Origin: Takakia lepidozioides
Taxonomy: Eukaryota; Plantae; Bryophyta
Direction: 5' to 3'
DNA: 64,000 nucleotides
NCBI GenBank assembly: GCA_030704615.1
Contig: CM060731.1
Coordinates: 73,966,001 to 74,030,000 of the forward strand
The notes under the pieces were generated by a model. That model saw only the letters and a list, made by a program, of their open reading frames with translations, made no database searches and had not been told where the DNA came from. This document shows positions 34,858-48,700 of the stretch, one piece after another (position 1 is the first letter of the stretch; every line of letters starts with the position of its first letter). Position numbers and translations under genes: made by a program.

Positions 34858-35567
34858 TGTCGCGACCTTTTGCCTTGAGGGCAGGGGGTCGGGACACGAG
34901 AGAGGCTGCCCTTGTGGTGGGGGCGGTGACAACAATAGATGCGGAGGCTGAAGCACCCTTGAGTGCCCAAGGCACTCAATGAGGCGGAGGCGCTCACTAG
35001 GTGGAGCCCCGCACACCGGGTTGCGGTGGGGGTGGTTCCACGAGGGGTAGTGGTAGCTTAGTGAGACTTAGTGGGGGTGACATAGGACTCACCATGGGGT
35101 GGAGACCTTGTGGTGGGAGTCGTGGGGAGTCTTGGGACTCATCACGGTCCAATGGGGCCCTGGTAGGTGGCCAAGACTCAATGGGAATCGAGGGTCTTCG
35201 TGGTGGTTTGCCATAAAAGGATGGTGTTGTTTGTGGAACCCGCGCGGACAGTCACAGAAGTATATATGGGGAGTAGTAACCCCGAGAACAGTGCAAGCCT
35301 GTTGGTGTCCAAAAACTAGTGAGTAAGTGAGCGAGCCGGAAAGCAACCAAGGAGTGGGGAGCTATTCCGGACTGCCATCTACCAAAGGGAATTTCCACTA
35401 GGCCCAAATTGGTGGAGGGTCTGTTGGGGGAAAAAGGGGGACCGTTATGTCCCGGTGAGCAGCCGAAGCTCCGAGTTGGCCCGGCGGCCAGGTTGGGAGT
35501 TAGGCGCGCGCATCAAAGCGAGTAACTATGACTTGAAGGGGAGCTTACCGAAGTGAGGTGCGCGACA
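34858..35567 (+). mobile_element. Solo LTR (chromovirus family)
   Basis: TGTCGCG...CGCGACA, homologous to 17970-18701. Flanks ATAAG / ATGAG (4/5 TSD match). Confidence 0.93.
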
Positions 35568-37536
35568 ATGAGTGTTTATGTTGAGTCAAGCCTGATTGAG
35601 TGTTTGCTTGTACCTATAGGTAGTATATGATTGGAAACTGACAACAAAGGCGAATGAGAATGAGAAAAGTTGATGGAAAACAATCTAGTTGTCATCCTGA
35701 AACATCTTTGTTTGATAACCACCCTTTACCAATCACTTATGGCCAATGTACAAATCATCTCAGATGCAGAGTTTAGGTCACTCATATGTATAGGGTGTGA
35801 TTGTGAAGATTGTGAGGCACTTAGGTAGCTTAGGAGTTGCATCATGAATGATAGGCCCGTGTATAGAAGACCAAATCTACTCTGTTTATGTAGGTTCACT
35901 ATCTACTCCTAGGCATAGGACATAGAGATGTTTGCCTACTCCGGCCCCTCTCCCCACCTTGCCTTCCTCCCCTATCTCCACCTTTCCCTTTATGCCCTTT
36001 GTCCTTGATATCTTCCCCTATCCCCGCCTTGCCCTTCCTCTCAACCTCTGCCTCCCCCTCTTATCCCCTAGCAAGTTCACACTTTGGCTGGTTTTGGTAA
36101 GGTGGTAATTCCTAGAACTTCATGAAGTCGGCAACCATCTTCATTCGGGTTTTGTGCACAGACTTATTTGACATGTAAATACCTAACCCTAAGGTAGACT
36201 TCCATCACTAAGTATTACTAGACACTTAGGCTTCAAGGGGAATTGTAGGAGGATAGTAGGCACCTCAATCCCAATGCTCGCAGAGGTCACTTAGTTTCCC
36301 AGGCACGTGAGGCAAACATGCATTTTCTATGGGGGTATTAATTTTATTTTCTGAATTTTTGGCCACCCTATTATTACATAATGTTGTAATATGGCATATT
36401 TTCTTGCAAGCTATATTATTTATATTTTATAGCAGATAACAAGAATTGGGCACCCTATATTAACCTGAATTTAAAAAAAAAAAAACATTATGGAGTTGCC
36501 ATCATTCCCCTCTCAATCTACGTTTTTTCACTAACACGCACTGCAAGCTTCAAAACCTGTGGGCCACAATGCTTGTACCACTGAGTGCACCACCATTTCT
36601 CTCTGCTTGTCTAGCACAACGCCGCCACGAATTGCAGCCGACAGGAGAGAGGGAAGCCTAGGGTTGTTGTGCATATGCATCTACGCCCTCTTCGCTGCAT
36701 GTCCCGAACTGCTTGTCACTTAACGACACGTGTCCATTTAATTTCTCTCCACCCTATATTAGTTTTAATATTTTTTAGAAATACGTCTTTATTTTGGACC
36801 CTATTTTAATTTAAATGTGATGCCACCAATATATTGGTACCCTATAGTATTTCTAAATGTATTCTAAATTTTATTTTCTCAGAATTTTCGGCACCCTATA
36901 TTTTTTTGCACATCAAGTGGTAATATTCGGAAGTGACCTCCCATTGTCCCAATGTTTTGAGTGTCGATTCTTAGGTGTGATTAGTACAAAAGTTTGGATA
37001 CCTAGTTCTATTTGCTTAGGTCTTGTTTTGCATTGTTCACGTTATGCTTCTTTTCTCTCAGACGACACCCGCTGCAAAGCTGCTGCCCCATATGATCTTT
37101 GGCAGCTCTCTTGGTGTACCAAGTGATTTGTTGGAGCTGTGTGTGTAAACTACCTTGGCTACCTAAAATTCAGCAACTTAGCTGAGAGACATCAAGCGCT
37201 AGCAGACCACAAATCTTCTCCTCACTGGCTGTTTATTCATAGGTGGCCATGGGAGAGGCTTCGTACTTACTACTTAAGAAGGATGTAGCTAAGTTCGGGC
37301 CGGAACATCTTCGAGCTGATAAGGGTCAGGTCACACCAGTGGAGAGAGAAGGAGATGGGAAGAAAATTGCCCAATAGGAAAAATTGACCTTTTGAGTTGC
37401 TAGTTGCAAATGAAGAAGAGTACAAAGAAGAGAGACAACTAGTATGTAGCCCAGTGGTAATGGGCACATACCACGTTGGATGTGGTTGTGTGTTCAAACC
37501 ACGGTCTGGTGTGTCATGAAGGTGTCCACCTTCCTA

Positions 37537-37910
37537 GGTGAAGGTAGTAGCCCTTCGGGGTGAAGTGACCCCATAAGTTACGCTTCTTTCGGGAGGCGTC
37601 ATATATATATATTTTTTTAAATTTTTAACAAAGAAGAGAAGCTGCATGCATGCGTGTATGGTGGACCAACATTGTTACATGTGTTTTATGTGAACTAAGT
37701 TCTTTTACTATCACCATTTTTGTAGGATAGGAAATAGTGAGTAGGTGAAGGCAGTAGCCCTTGGGGGTGAAGTGACTCCATAAGTTACCTTCCTTTGGGA
37801 GGCGTCGTACTTTCTTTTTTTAATTTTCTTACAAAGAAGAGAAGCTGCATGCATGCGTGTCTGGTGGACCAACATTGTTACATGTATTTTATGTGAACTA
37901 AGTTCTTTTA
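37537..37910 (+). repeat. Tandem duplication of ~170 bp
   Basis: AGGTGAAGG.AGTAGCCCTT...AAGTTCTTTTAC occurs at ~37537-37709 and ~37743-37911. Confidence 0.85.
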
Positions 37911-39931
37911 CCTAAGTAGCCTTATTTGCATCATCTCAAAGAATGTCAAACTCACTGTTTCCTATCCTACAAAAATGGTGAATGTGGATCTATAAAGCAT
38001 ATTCCTCATGCATAGCAATCGACGTTTTACGTTTCAATGCTACTTGACAGATATCCCTCAGTTCTAGATAGTTTAGGAAAAGGTTTGCTGCAAAAGACTT
38101 TAAAACCACTAATTTTTGCCTTAAAAACACTCACTCGAAAAAACTTGGGAAAAACACCAGTTTATCCAAGCTTCAAAGGTATGTAAAGAGCTTGAGTGAT
38201 GGTCCATTAACTCCCCGTGGTCCACCCAAAGTCTGCATAATTGATGTTCTACTCTCTACTCGATTCTTTCTCCACTTGCCTCCACACGTCTTTCTTATAG
38301 GTCAAGCTTATCCAACATGCTCCAATTTTTGCGTCTACTCTTGCTTCCCTCCAGCTTCTTGGTGACTTTTGCTTCAACTCACCTTGCACTTCAATCTTCC
38401 ATTCTGTTTTCTCCACTGTGCATGCAATAGGCTCATAACTTCCCTCTTCTGTTCATTCATAATGTGAAGCACCTTTTGGTTCGGCCTGCAAGGTCTAAAC
38501 GGTCGAGTTACAGTTTCATAATGTTAGCATAGTCCTCGATGTGGAGTGAAGAAACTGAAGAGTATTCCAGTTAAAGACCTAGTACTTTGTACGTGGCACT
38601 TGGCACCTCTTCAATCTTGTGCATTTTCCCTCATTGGAATGGCCCTGGGAAAAAATGGTCTTTTCTATGTTAAATCACTAAGTTTACTTGTCAGTCCTCG
38701 GTAGTTACTAGTTTCCTATAGCATTAATAGTTAAGTCTTGTAGATGTTACTCCAGCGCGCAGATGGTAGATGAGCAGCGGTGCACCGCCACAGTCAACAA
38801 TTACTCCACCATCATAGTAGGTAAATTTCATCTCTATTTCGTTGGGAGCTAATTAATTCTCTCCTTAGTTGTTGGTGCTATGTTTAGTTAAATGTGCCCC
38901 CTGCTGCTGTTTCGCATTCCGGTCTTGAGGTCCTCGAGTTGTAGGTAGTCAGCTAGTTCTTCATTCTACCTCATAGGCCTTTCAATTGTTGCATGCTTAC
39001 AATGGAAGGTGATCTCAACCACGGCCATATACCTCTCAACTCTTCTTTGGTTTGAAGGCAATATTACAAGAGAATCTATCATTCTCTTTTGCAAGTACAT
39101 ATGGACATGGAAAAATTGTAGATTCCCTTGTGCTTTCAAAGGTAATCTTCTACAAGCTCCTTGTGTGTACACGTACTGCATTCAGCACAGAAAGGCAACG
39201 ACACATTTGCAAGGTTGCTAACTACTGTCTCGTTCTCGCCTAAAATCCAAACTGATGGACGTACAAAAGTGCATGTTCAAAATGTGTCCCCAGAAGAATA
39301 GTTTGCAGAGCATGCAGGAACTATCTCGTTCAGGTAGACGCTTATGTTCAATGTGGGCTCAATCGATCTGACGATGCACATAGCATTTTAGGAAATGGAC
39401 GACATAGATAGAAAACATCTAACGGCTCAACTCATCCTAAAACCTCTAAGTTATCGATCCAACATATGACTGACGGTCCAGAGTATGTAAGATTCTTCCA
39501 TTAGTGATTCTTAGGTTTCCGTAACGACCCGGCCAGGATTTCCTTTTTAGGGAGGATGGCACGATATATGGCACCTTAATATGGGGCGGGATTTTCCCGC
39601 CAGCTGAGGATGACACCTTACCGCGTTTGCTGTTTCTTTACGCAGGGTGAGGCCCTCGGACTGGGGCCTTCCTGAAAGGAGGGGTAGCACGATTCCGCAT
39701 CGTCAGACTGGAGATCGATTCAACGAAACTAGCTAGCAGTACAGAGCGCAGTGATCGGCTACAAAACCCAGTAATCCACCGCGCAATTATCGGCCGGTTG
39801 TGCTCAAGAGAGATCTAAATAGACGGAGAGCCGCGGACTGCGCATGCAATAGTTGAAGGGAGTTCTTCAGCTGGAACTGGAGAACTTAATGCGGGCGAGG
39901 GCCGCGAGAGAGAGAGAGAGAGAGAGAGAGA

Positions 39932-41387
39932 ATGCAGCATAAGATGGTAGTAGTAATGGGTTTAACGAAGGCGCTGATGGTCGTTACAACGTTTACAATG
40001 ATTGTGTTGTATCGGGGAACCATACCCACAGTATCAGGACAGCGGTGCAATGAAGCTGGTAGTCCCGGGAGGAGAGATTTCCCCCAAGGCTTTGGATTTG
40101 GGACTGCCTCTGCTGCTTATCAGGTGCGGATCCTGCAGAGCTCTCAGTATACTTTAAAGTTTTGACCTGTTCTGTCCTTGTTTGATCACGTTTTTTCCTC
40201 TAGCTCTGTCTTCGTTAGATTTTACATTCATGGATCTAGCTAACACCAGTTTTGCACTAAGCGAAGAGCTTTTCCCCTGAGAAAACTGTCCACAAACTCT
40301 CCAAGAGAATGATTGACACACAACATGATCGACACCTGCAGACAGTTCAAGCATAAATTTCTCGTGTTCATTTTCTGGGGCATACGAATCGTTCCTTTCC
40401 AACGACATCTCTTTAGCCGTCGACTGTAGGCTACTTAAAGCTCTAGAGATCAATGAAGAACTAGCTAAGAACAACTTTTGACCTGCATGTTCATAATATC
40501 CGAATTCGTCCGGACTAAAATTATAATCCGGCTGGGCTAGTATATAAGTGGAACAGCTCCTGCCTTAGGTGAAATTCTCATGGTTGTGACTCGGTTGTGA
40601 TGTCCTACAGTTGAACAGTATGCTGTTTGATAAGCAAAATTTTCTGTGTCCATGACGTATGTCATTACTGTATTTAAGTATTGCAGCATACATGGGAGCT
40701 GACTTCTCTGGATTTACTATACATATGGTTTGACGCCAGTCCCAAAATTTATGGAGGGTTCTGTTATAGGTTCACGGATCCCATTTTCTTTGGTGATTAC
40801 CCGGCCAGTATGCGGCAGTATGTCGGCTCCCGCTTGCCGAACTTCACTTAGAACCAGTCAGCTGTGCTGAAAGGCTCGGTCGATTTTTTTTGGTCTCAAC
40901 CAATACCTCTCGATGTATGCAACTGAAGACAACTGCAGCTTGTATTGTGAAGCTGACAGATGACTAAAAGTTAAAGTATTTATTGACGATATTGGCCTTT
41001 CTGACCCATGACTCCCACTCATAGATCAATGGTTCCTTGTGCAGGAGTTCGTGACGGAGTCCCAATTGGAGAAGTGGTACTTTTGCAAATTCTCTCTTCC
41101 GGCCACACTTGATGCATGCTAACTTTAGTAGTTCCTCGTTTTTTCTGCCTTGTCCCATGGCCCTCATGCTCGTGGTCCTCTGTGGCCGTTGTTCCATCTT
41201 TCCGTCTAGGTCTCTGTCTATGTCAGATAACCTCTACGCCAATTTTTACTGCTCATTTGGTAGTTCTACTGATATAAGTCGTGGTGTCTATATGACTTCG
41301 TTGCATTTGATGCTCGTTCCGTGCTTTACACTGCAATGCAGAGACAATGCAGTTCCTTTAAGGTATGATCTAAGCTCAATACCCTCC
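39932..41387 (+). pseudogene. GH1 beta-glucosidase pseudogene, paralogue of 53150-59038
   Basis: Exon 1 (39932-40123, ...FPQGFGFGTASAAYQ|GT) and intron 1 align to the intact gene. The copy then jumps to exon 9 (40770, stop at ~40850) and exon 10. The 3' end is replaced by the LINE array. Confidence 0.9.
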
Positions 41388-44300
41388 ACATCTTGGAAGC
41401 AGGATCGCCCTATCAAACAGGCCAAGTCCTGGCGGAGGAGGGTAGAATAGATTTTCAAGAGTCTGAATCGAAGTCCGCAAGCCTTAACCTGCTGGATAAA
41501 TCTGACTTAGAGGCTGAAGTGTCCAAAGCCATGTCTGTTGTCAGGAAATTATCTGTGAAGTTAGGCAGAAAACTTCCCCGAACTTGTTTCCAGTATGTGA
41601 CATGGATGAGGCCATCATGGATGACCTCAAGGGTTTACCCACTCTTGGCACTAGACTGAAATTCAAACTCAGGGCGGGTAGCCTACCTTTGAACAGCAAA
41701 CAGACGCAAAAAGGAAAGGGGATTGTATTGCCCGTTGTGTGGGCAACCTGAGGACAATATCCACTTTCTGATTCATTGTCCAGGGTACTCTCACCAGAGA
41801 GACACCCTCTTCAAATCCATCAAGGGAATTGTGCCTGTACCTCTGTTTACCAACTTTGAAATTCTCGTTGCTGAGCCAAAAGCCCAGGCCCTTTTGGGGG
41901 CTAGTTATTGGGCAAATCACACACAACAGACTGATGTCTGTGAAGGGATTTCTAGAGGATATCTGGAAATCTCGGATCAATTGTATGTTTCAAGGTAAGT
42001 CATACTACCGGCTTCAGCCCCTGACAAAGATAGTTTCTGACCCTTTGTGTTCCGCTCAAACTGGGTGCGGGGTCAATGGCCACAATATGAGTACATTCTC
42101 TCTCTCTCTCTCTCTCTCTCTCTGTGGTCCTTGGAGTACGGATCTGCTATATGGGTTGATAACTCCAACCAGGCTAAGTCTCTAGAATCCATTCAAGTGG
42201 GGGTGCTTAAGGAGTGTATGTCAGCATGCTCCAAAACAGCCAATGTGGCTGTTCGGGGTGAGTTTGGCATTCCGTCCTTAAGCTCCCGACGAGATGAATT
42301 CAAGGTCAGATGGTGGGGTCAGCTGCAACATATGCCCAACACCAGATATCCTAAATTAATCGACTCTATATCTTGGAAACAGGACCGCCCTGTCAAACAG
42401 GCTAAGTCCTGGCAGAAGAGAGTAGAAGAGATCCTCAAGGACCTGGACCTGGATCCGCAAGTCTTGACCCTGCTGGATAAATCTGACTTAGAGGCTGTAG
42501 TGTCCGAAGCCATGTCTGTTGCCATGAGATTGTCTGATGAAAATGAAGTTCGGCAGAAAACTTCCCTGAACTTGTTTCAAGTCTGTGACATGGGGGAGGA
42601 CATCTTGGATGACCTCAAGGGTCTACCCACTCTCGGCACTAGACTGAAATTTAAACTCAGGGCAGGAAGCCTACCTTTGAACAGCAAACAGAAGCAGAGA
42701 GGAAAGGGAGAGTGCAATTGCCCATTGTGTGGGCAATCTGAAGACAGTATTCATTTTCTGATACACTGTCCGGGGTTCTCTCACCAAAGAGACGCTCTCT
42801 TCAAATCTATTAAGGGAATTGTGCCTGTACCCCTGTTTACCAACTTTGAAAGTCTCGAGGCTGAGCCAAAAGCCCAGGCCCTCCTGAGGCCTAGTTTTTG
42901 GGCAAATCACACACAGCAGATTGATGCTTGTGTGAAGGGATTTCTAGAGGATATCTGGAAAACCCGGATTAATTCTTTATATGGAGGTAAGTCTTACTAC
43001 CAACGTCAGCCCCTGACAGAGGTAGGTTCTGTCCCTTTTGTTCCCGCTCAAACTGGGCGCGGGGTCAATGGCCACAAGGCTACGGCAAACAACGTCTTAT
43101 GAGTACAATATCTCTGTGGTCCTCCCTTCCTACACTTACCTGGGCGTTGGGTTTTCCTCCAATTGTAATTGGGATGCACATATCCGGAAAGTTGTTCAAA
43201 CTGGAGGGCAAAGCTCTTGGGCTCACTAAATTTTTCCACTGCAGAGGGGTCAACTCTGAGGTTAAGAAAACCATGCTTTGTCGCATTATTAGACCTGCCT
43301 TGGAGTACGGATCTGCAATATGGGTTGATAACTCCAACCAGGCTAAGTCTCTAGAATCCATTCAAGTGGGGGTGCTTAAGGAGTGTATGTCAGCATGCTC
43401 CAAAACAGCCAATGTGGCTGTTCGAGGTGAGTTTGGCATTCCGTCCTTCAGCTCCTGACGAGATGAATTCAAGGTCAGATGGTGGGGTCAGCTGCAACAT
43501 ATGCCCAACGCCAGATATCCTAAGTTAATCGACTCTATATCTTGGAAACAGGACCGCCCTGTCAAACAGGCTAAGTCCTGGCAGAAGAGAGTAGAAGAGA
43601 TTCTCAAGGACCTGGACCTGGATCCGCAAGTCTTGACCCTGCTGGATAAATCTGACTTAGAGGCTGTAGTGTCCAAACCCATGTCTGTTGCCATGAGATT
43701 GTCTGATGAAAATGAAGTTAGGCAGAAAACTTCCCTGAACTTGTTTCCAGTCAGTGACATGGAGGACATCTTGGATGACCTCAAGGGTCTTTCCACTCTC
43801 GGCGCTAGACTGAAATTTAAACCCAGGGCAGGAAGCCTACCTTTGAACAGCAAACAGAAGCAGAGAGGAAAGGGAGAGTGCAATTGCCCATTGTGTGGGC
43901 CACCTGAAGACAGTATTCATTTTCTGATACACTGTCCGGGGTTCTCTCACCAAAGAGACGCTCTCTTCAAATCTATCAAGGGAATTGTGCCTGTACCTCT
44001 GTTTACCAACTTTGAAAGTCTCGAGGCTGAGCCAAAAGCCCAGGCCCTCCTGAGGCCTAGTTTTTGGGCAAATCACACACAGCAGATTGATACTTGTGTG
44101 AAGGGATTTCTAGAGGATATCTGGAAAACCCGGATTAATTCTATATATGAAGGTTAGTCTTACTACCGATGTCAGCCCCTGACAGAGGTAGGTTCTGTCC
44201 CTTTTGTTTCCCCTCAAACTGGGCGTGGGGTCAATGACCACAAGGCTATGGCAAACAACGTCTTATGAGTACAATCTCGCTGTGGGCGCGGGGTCACTCA

Positions 44301-44569
44301 CCCCACGGCTACGGCAAATGGGGCCAGTTATTGGGCAAATCACACACAGCAGATTGATGCTTGTGTGAAGGGATTTCTAGAGGATATTTGGAAAACCCGG
44401 CCTCGGTACATTACACCAAGGCAAGTCTTACTACCAACGTCAGCCCCTGACAGAGGTAGGTTCTGTCCCTTTGTGTTCTGCTCAAACTGGGGCGGGGTCA
44501 ATGGCCACAAGGCTACGGCAAACAATGTCTTATGAGTACATTCTCTCTCTCTCTCTCTCTCTCTGTGCT
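41385..44569 (+). mobile_element. Four 5'-truncated LINE copies in head-to-tail tandem
   Basis: Copies at ~41385-42096, 42127-43107, 43119-44273 and a composite at 44283-44540. Each ends ...ATGAGTACA plus a (CT)n-like tract and GTG. Confidence 0.92.
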
Positions 44570-45353
44570 CCTCCCTGTCCTCTAGGAAGCCTATTGCCAT
44601 TGGGTGGACTTGATACGGGAGTACATTAATGTCTCTGTGACTAAATGCCGGCCTTGTGACCTCGTGTCCTTGTTTGTTTCGACCTGAAGCGCTTTGCTCC
44701 AGGTAAGGTAGTGCATTGGATTTTGTTGGAAAGCTTGGGGCCTTTCCCTCTTTAGAATATGCCTACACGGGCCATTCCCTGCAACTCCCTGGAGTGTGAT
44801 CTCTGAATGGTAACAAGCGGACCCCTACCGCTTGGGGGCAGCCCCTCCGCCCAAATTGGGCAGTCGTATGCTCTGTATATCATACTTGGCACTTAGGCTC
44901 GGGTTGGTTCCTGTGCTTAAACTTATAGCCTGCGAGATCAATCAAAACTTTAGCTCCTATCAACATCAACACTCCCCAGGGTGATTCCTGGGAATTGGTT
45001 ACTTATGCCAAATCTAGGGCTTCATGTGTAGTTTTTGGGGTGAATCCCAGGATGGACGATGTGTCCTTTAAAACTACATGCTCTAGCTTAGGCTTGGATT
45101 TCATGGCTAATGGTTCCATCCCGAGACTTGATAACAGGGGTACGTTGAAGGTTGCAATGACCAAAAGTGCTTCTAATAGAGTCCCACATCAATTCAATCT
45201 CAAAGAAGTTCGTCCCTTGACTGGCTGGAGAGCAGTCTTAGACATTGGTGATTCAATGGGGCGCCTAGGAAGACAACCAAGGGCAAGGACTTCAACTTGA
45301 GAGTTTCTAATCGGTTTGATGCTCTGGATGAGGTTGAATCCAAACAGCCAGAA

Positions 45354-45765
45354 GGACAAGATGTCCTAAGTGTACAGAACCTGAATGTCCTGAATCTGAA
45401 GGATTTGGTACTCTGAATGGTTTACCAATCCTCAAGGTTTACACAAGACGAACAAATTCTATACACGGGGTAATTGCCCCCAAGCCGTCAGATGGACAAT
45501 CTGTCCCTAAGTGTGCAGAGCCTGAACGTCGTGTAACTGAAGGACTTGGTACTCTAAATGGTTTACCAATCCTCAAAGTCTACACAAGACGAGCAAAATC
45601 TATACACAGGGTAATTGTCCCCAAGCAGTCTGACGGACAATATGCCCCTAAGTGTGCGGAGCCTGTGCGTCGTGTAACTGAAGGATTTGGTACCCTGAAT
45701 GGTTTACCAATTCTCAAAGTTTACACAAGACGAGCAAAATCTACACATGGGGTAACTGTCCCCCC
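45354..45765 (+). repeat. Three ~140-bp tandem repeats at the LINE 5' region / ORF2 start
   Basis: Units start GGACAA at 45354, 45495 and 45634 and share AATGGTTTACCAAT.CTCAA.GT.TACACAAGACGA. Confidence 0.9.
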
Positions 45766-48700
45766 TTTGCAGAACGGTTGGCCGTCCAGGAGCAATCACA
45801 AGCTACCTAGACGACAAACAATTCACATGCAAAGGGCTGGCTTGCGGCTGGCCACTTTCAACTTCTCAGGGCTTACTAACCACAGGAAACAACTCGAAGT
45901 GGGACAAGTCCTTCGAACTAATGATATTCATATCTGTGCTGGGCAAGAAACATGGGAAACGACGGATAAACTGGTTGGAGATGTCAATGGTTATAAATGG
46001 GCAGGTAGGATGTGTACTCTCAAGGCAGCCTCTGCCAAACGCGGTCAAAAAGGGGTTGGATTCTTTGTCCGTGATTTCTTGTTTGATAATTGTGAAATTA
46101 TCAACAAGGGTTTGAGGTACGAGCATAGTATCTGGCTGAAACTGAATCTGAAGGGCGGCATGAGTACAAAGGACCTCTTTGTGGGTTGTGTTTACATGCC
46201 CGCAGAGGGGACCCTTAGTGCTGACGCAGACAAAGCCTTCGAAGATGTAAAGCTGGACTGTGCTTCGTTTCTTACCAAAGGTCAGGTAGTGCTATTGGGT
46301 GACTTCAATGCCCGGGTGGGCAAAGGGCTCCATCAGGACGACATCATTGGGCCTTTTGGTGAGGACGAGCTGAATTCTAATGGCAGACGGTTAATTAACT
46401 GTCTGGAAGAGCTTCAGCTTTTGACCTTGAATAACAGGACAAGAGGTGACCAAGTGCAGTGGACTCGTGAGAAATCCCAAACTGGGGAACGTTCCATTGT
46501 GGACTATATCATAATGGACAAAAATTTGTTTCCCCAGTGTGCCAATGTGTTGATCGACAGAACTGATATTGGTACCTCTGACCACTTCCTGGTTTGGACT
46601 GAGATCAAACGGTGTTTTCCCAACACCAAGAGATCTGTGAAACGTTCGATTCGGAAGTGGCGTATAGAAAAATTCCATAATGAGGAGGTCAAGGCTGAGT
46701 ACGTCCAGGCCTTGCGAGAGGCTCTCCCTCATTTTGTCCAATCGCTCCAAGAACTTCGGTCTCGCTCTGACAACGCAAGAAATGAAGTCGAAAGAGCAGT
46801 GGACTCTTGGGAGAGTTTCGTTTCCTCCGTGGCTGACAAGATCATTGGGAGGAAACTAATTGTCTGCGGTAGAGCTGTTAATTGGTGGACCAATGAGATC
46901 AAACTCAAGATAGCTGAGAGACGAGCCCTTTATAAAGAGTGCTGCAATTTGAAAACCAACAGAGAATTGTGGGCGAGGTACTACCAGCTCTGTAAAGATA
47001 TCAATCAGCTTGTTAGGTCTCAGAAGAAATTATACTGGGACAAGTTATACAGTGAAATAAACTCAAACCACCATGGTGGTAATGACAAGAAATTCTGGTT
47101 GGCCCTTCAACGTTTGTACAAGCCTAAAAACAGTCAGCAAGTACAAGCGCTGAAGACTACTAAAGGTGCAGTGGTGACTTCATCGGTTGACATTGTCAAA
47201 ACCTTTGAAAATCACTACAGTATCCTTGGCAGAACTTCTAGGTCTAACAGTGAGGGGTCTTCAGCTGAATGGAGGGACACAGTTGGAAAAACTGTTACTA
47301 TGATTCAAAACAGCCCTGATGAACTGGAGTATATTTCAATGGCTTATAACGCTCCCATTAGTTCTTCTGAGATTGTGGAAGCAATTGAACATTTAAATGG
47401 ATATAAAGCTGGTGGACCTGATGGTATTGTCAACGAGCTTATCAAGCACGGTGGTGATCCCATGATAGAGGCCCTAGTTCTCCTCTTTAACCTTATCTGG
47501 AAGACTGAAATGATCCCCTTTTGCTGGCGACAGGGGGTTATTGTCAATCTATACAAGAAGGGTGACAGAGAAGAACCGGGGAACTACCGTGGCATCACGC
47601 TCCTCAATGCTGTTGGCAAGACATTCTGCAGAGTTATAAGTACTCGTCTCGAGGTTGATCTGGAGTCTAGAGGTTGTTTCCACGAAGGCCAAGCTGGCTT
47701 TCGGCGAAACAGGGGCTGTGTGGATCATATCTTCACTCTAAGCCAGATTATCCAGGGAAGGAAAAAAGAAGGGAAACCCACTTACGTTTTTTTCCTGGAT
47801 GTCAAAAAGGCTTATGACACAGTGTGGAGAGATGGCCTATGATTCCGCCTCTGGTCTTGTGGGATCAAGGGAAAGATGTGGAGAGTTGTCCACAACTTGT
47901 ATGCTCACACCAAAAGCTGTGTCACTGTTAACGGACAGAAGTCCAACTTCTTTGACATAGACCAAGGTGTAGCTCAAGGACGTACTCTCTCCCCTCTGCT
48001 CTTCAATGTTTTTATCAATCAACTCCTCGAGGATGTGGAAAGTGAGGGATTTGGGTTAAGGGTGGGTGATACCACCATACCAGCCCTTATGTTTGCGGAT
48101 GACTTCGCAGGCATAGGGGAGACTCCAACCAATCTCCAGGAGTTGATTGATTGCGCGAAGAGATACTTTGATCTTTGGGGGCTAGAGGCTAATGTCAGCA
48201 AATGTGCAGTGGTAGCATTCAACGACAGAGGAGAGGGAGGAAGTGATCTTAAGTGGCAGTGGGGTAGCCAAGAGATCCCGGTCCTCCCTTCCTACACTTA
48301 CCTGGGCGTTGAGTTTTCCTCCAATTGTAATTGGGATGCACATATCCGGAAAGTTGTTCAAACTGGCAAGGGCAAAGCTCTGGGGCTCACTAAATTTTTC
48401 CACTGCAGAGGGGTCAACTCTGAGGTTAAGAAAACCATGCTTTGTCGCGTTATTAGACCTGCCTTGGAGTACGGATCTGCTATATGGGTTGATAACTCCA
48501 ACCAGGCTAAGTCTCTAGAATCCATTCAAGTGGGGGTGCTTAAGGAGTGTATGTCAGCATGCTCCAAAACAGCCGATGTGGCTGTTCGGGGTGAGTTTGG
48601 CATTCCGTCCTTAAGCTCCCGACGAGATGAATTCAAGGTCAGATGGTGGACACCAGATATCCTAAGTTAATCGACTCTGGAAACAGGACCGCCCTGTCAA

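Noticed and set aside
36283-36940. Possible MITE: GAGGTCACTT/AAGTGACCTC inverted pair around several ACCCTAT motifs
   Set aside because: Only a 10-bp match, no TSD, single copy in the window.
39520-39710. GC-rich hairpin-rich island upstream of the GH1 pseudogene
   Set aside because: Short stems (e.g. GGCGGGA/TCCCGCC) but no recognisable RNA family and no second copy.
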